Below, one piece after another: positions 62,006 through 64,000 of a stretch of 64,000 nucleotides of DNA. The notes under the pieces are model-generated. The model was not told where the DNA came from and searched no databases. It saw only the letters and a program-made list of their open reading frames with translations. The DNA is from Botryllus schlosseri. Its lineage: Eukaryota. Both the position numbers and the translations under genes were made by a program. The DNA lies in the NCBI GenBank assembly GCA_051294905.1, contig CM119371.1, forward strand, positions 23,810,001 through 23,874,000, in the 5' to 3' direction. Position 1 is the first letter of the stretch, and each line of letters starts with the position of its first letter.

Positions 62006-62825
62006 CACTTGGTGAATTCGGCCCTCGGGAAATTTTGTAATGAAGTGTATTAACAGCTATTAATATGAATTATTAAACTAATAATAGTATTATCAAGTGA
62101 TTTGTCAATCTTGTAAGGAGGTCAGGGCATCCGAAGCTCACGCAGTCACGGCGTGATTAGATCACGGATTGCGTAGCCGCGGGAAATGACGCAGCGCTCA
62201 TATACCGACCACGCGCAGTCTGCTTGGAATCGATGGCGTGAGTGAGGGGCCTGTGTCGTGTAAGTTTTGAGAAGATGGATCCTGTCGTTGTATGTGAGAT
62301 CGGAGCTGTGGAAGATCAAGCGGCGCTTCTTCGTTTATCGATCACGACAAGCCAGTGTTTCTCATCAACAAATGTTTCGCATGATCACGTCAAAATAAAT
62401 TATTTTTTGCCTTTGGAGAGACGATTCCACTCTGGGGTTAGGGTGTCTCGATAACAGGGTTGAAGGATCCCAAGATTACGAGAACTACCGCGAGCCACGA
62501 CACGTTTAAATTACCTTTTTGATACTGTTCATTCATATTAAATGCATTTCTAATGCGAAGGTGTTCTAGTGCCAATTCCTCAAAGGGCCGAGTTCACCAA
62601 GTGAAGTGTGTCGCGTTATTTCCCGCGGCTACGCAATCCATGATCTAATCACACCGTGACTGTGTGATCTACGCATGACCTAACCGCCGTACAACATTGA
62701 CAACCACTCAAAGTGCCAAGTTCACCAGCAAACAGTCCAGTAACCAATCATGGTGACCGGTACCGCTACGAGATCTACCACGGCCAAATTCACCAAGTGC
62801 CCAGTTCACCAAGTGCCGAGTTCAC
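62006..62825. repeat. Fold-back/MITE-like element with two sets of inverted repeats
   Basis: CACTTGGTGAATTCGGCCCT (~62007) inverted at ~62584; 62095-62195 inverted at 62613-62710; TTCACCAAGTG reiterated to ~62825. Confidence 0.6.
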
Positions 62826-64000
62826 TGGATATCGGGTAGATACGGAATAATAATGAGAACCGGCCTGGTGTAAAATGACCAGTGTAGTCGAACCACCACC
62901 ATGAACACCACAAACAAACAAACATCTAACATGGAAAAGAAATTACCTTTACAGCCTTTGACAAACACAGTTAACATTGAAACCAGCAATTTAGGTCTCA
63001 TTCGAAAGCAGAATAACAACTCTTTTACCTGACATATCAAATCAAATGTTGTAAAGTTCATGTAAAATAGCCCAAAATATTATCTTACTGTGACCTTATT
63101 CTATCAATATGGTCTGGCTAGCCAAATTCTCTGGACCAACATAAGCAAGCTGTGTTTGGATTCGAGGTATAATTGCACTCAAATATCAAATTTTGCTCCA
63201 TTAATCAACATCAAGTTGAAAATGTCCATTCTTGCACCAACTTTTATAAAATCAGGATGCCAGTACGAAGGCAGGTAACCTACGAATCTGTGTTCTACAG
63301 GTATGTATCTATATGACTTATATACCCAGAAAATTCAAGCATAAATATTATGATATAGGTATAGGTACCGGTAATTCAGATATTTGAAGCGACTTGGACA
63401 ACTAGATAATTCTAGTGTTCTAATTTCACTAAATTAGAGCGAAATGCCAGTAATATAATTGTAATCTAATTCGGAAAAAACGGTTTAGCTCTATAATTCT
63501 AACCTGGAAAAGTTGAGACTTTTCTATAGTTGTCTACGCCTGCTTTGAAGAAAGTCAAACAGCTCTAGGCGTCATATACTACAGGCAATTCGAAATACCA
63601 CATAAGCTATATGCTACTGCGTATATACCGTTTACCCGCTACCTCATTCAGTCACAATTACTATATATTTACGGCATTTACCATACAGAAAGAGCGAACT
63701 ATGTCTGGCTGCTACATGTTTCGAGTCAAATCTTTGTCCCGCGCGATGACGTAAAATTTGAATCGCCGAAATATTCTAGAAGTCACGCATCGATAATCAT
63801 ATTCCTAAACGTACAAGTACATCTCACTTATTTAGTTATTCTCTGAATAAAACTATTATCCATACTCGTTGAACATACGAGATTACAGAAAGAGCGAATA
63901 TACATATAATGAAGATCATATATATCAGAAGAAAACGAAACTGTTCGACCTTAGAGCAACAACACGAATATACAACACCGGTGACATCCTCACGCAATAA

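Overview
Eukaryotic, AT-rich and very transposon-dense DNA from an invertebrate animal. The repeat families and LRR exons look ascidian-like, but that is inference only. (1) Bases 1-6022 are the right end of a Polinton/Maverick (adintovirus-like) endogenous virus. It has the tail of a basic core-like protein, an intact 425-aa major capsid protein and an overlapping adenain-type protease. These are followed by about 4.1 kb with no long ORF, ending in the ...ACTACT terminus, and the element sits inside a dead Buster-type hAT transposase. That tail is highly structured: a higher-order repeat array with minus-strand splice sites that join into an open frame, a cluster of STAT/HSE/kB-like motifs, and a tRNA-spaced Pol III A/B-box unit. 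(2) 7.2-17.3 kb is a seven-level nest of non-autonomous hAT elements with readable 8-bp TSDs. One of them (3.74 kb, with a near-identical inverted copy at 37.6-41.3 kb) carries diverged 28S rRNA fragments. (3) Five 168-nt phase-0 exons of an NLR-type LRR gene, plus decayed copies, lie on the + strand. (4) The rest is hATm, Kolobok, Chapaev3, Penelope, tRNA-SINE and MITE material, plus a near-complete hAT element with a G-U-rich ~85-bp hairpin. All calls come from reading motifs by eye; no searches were run.
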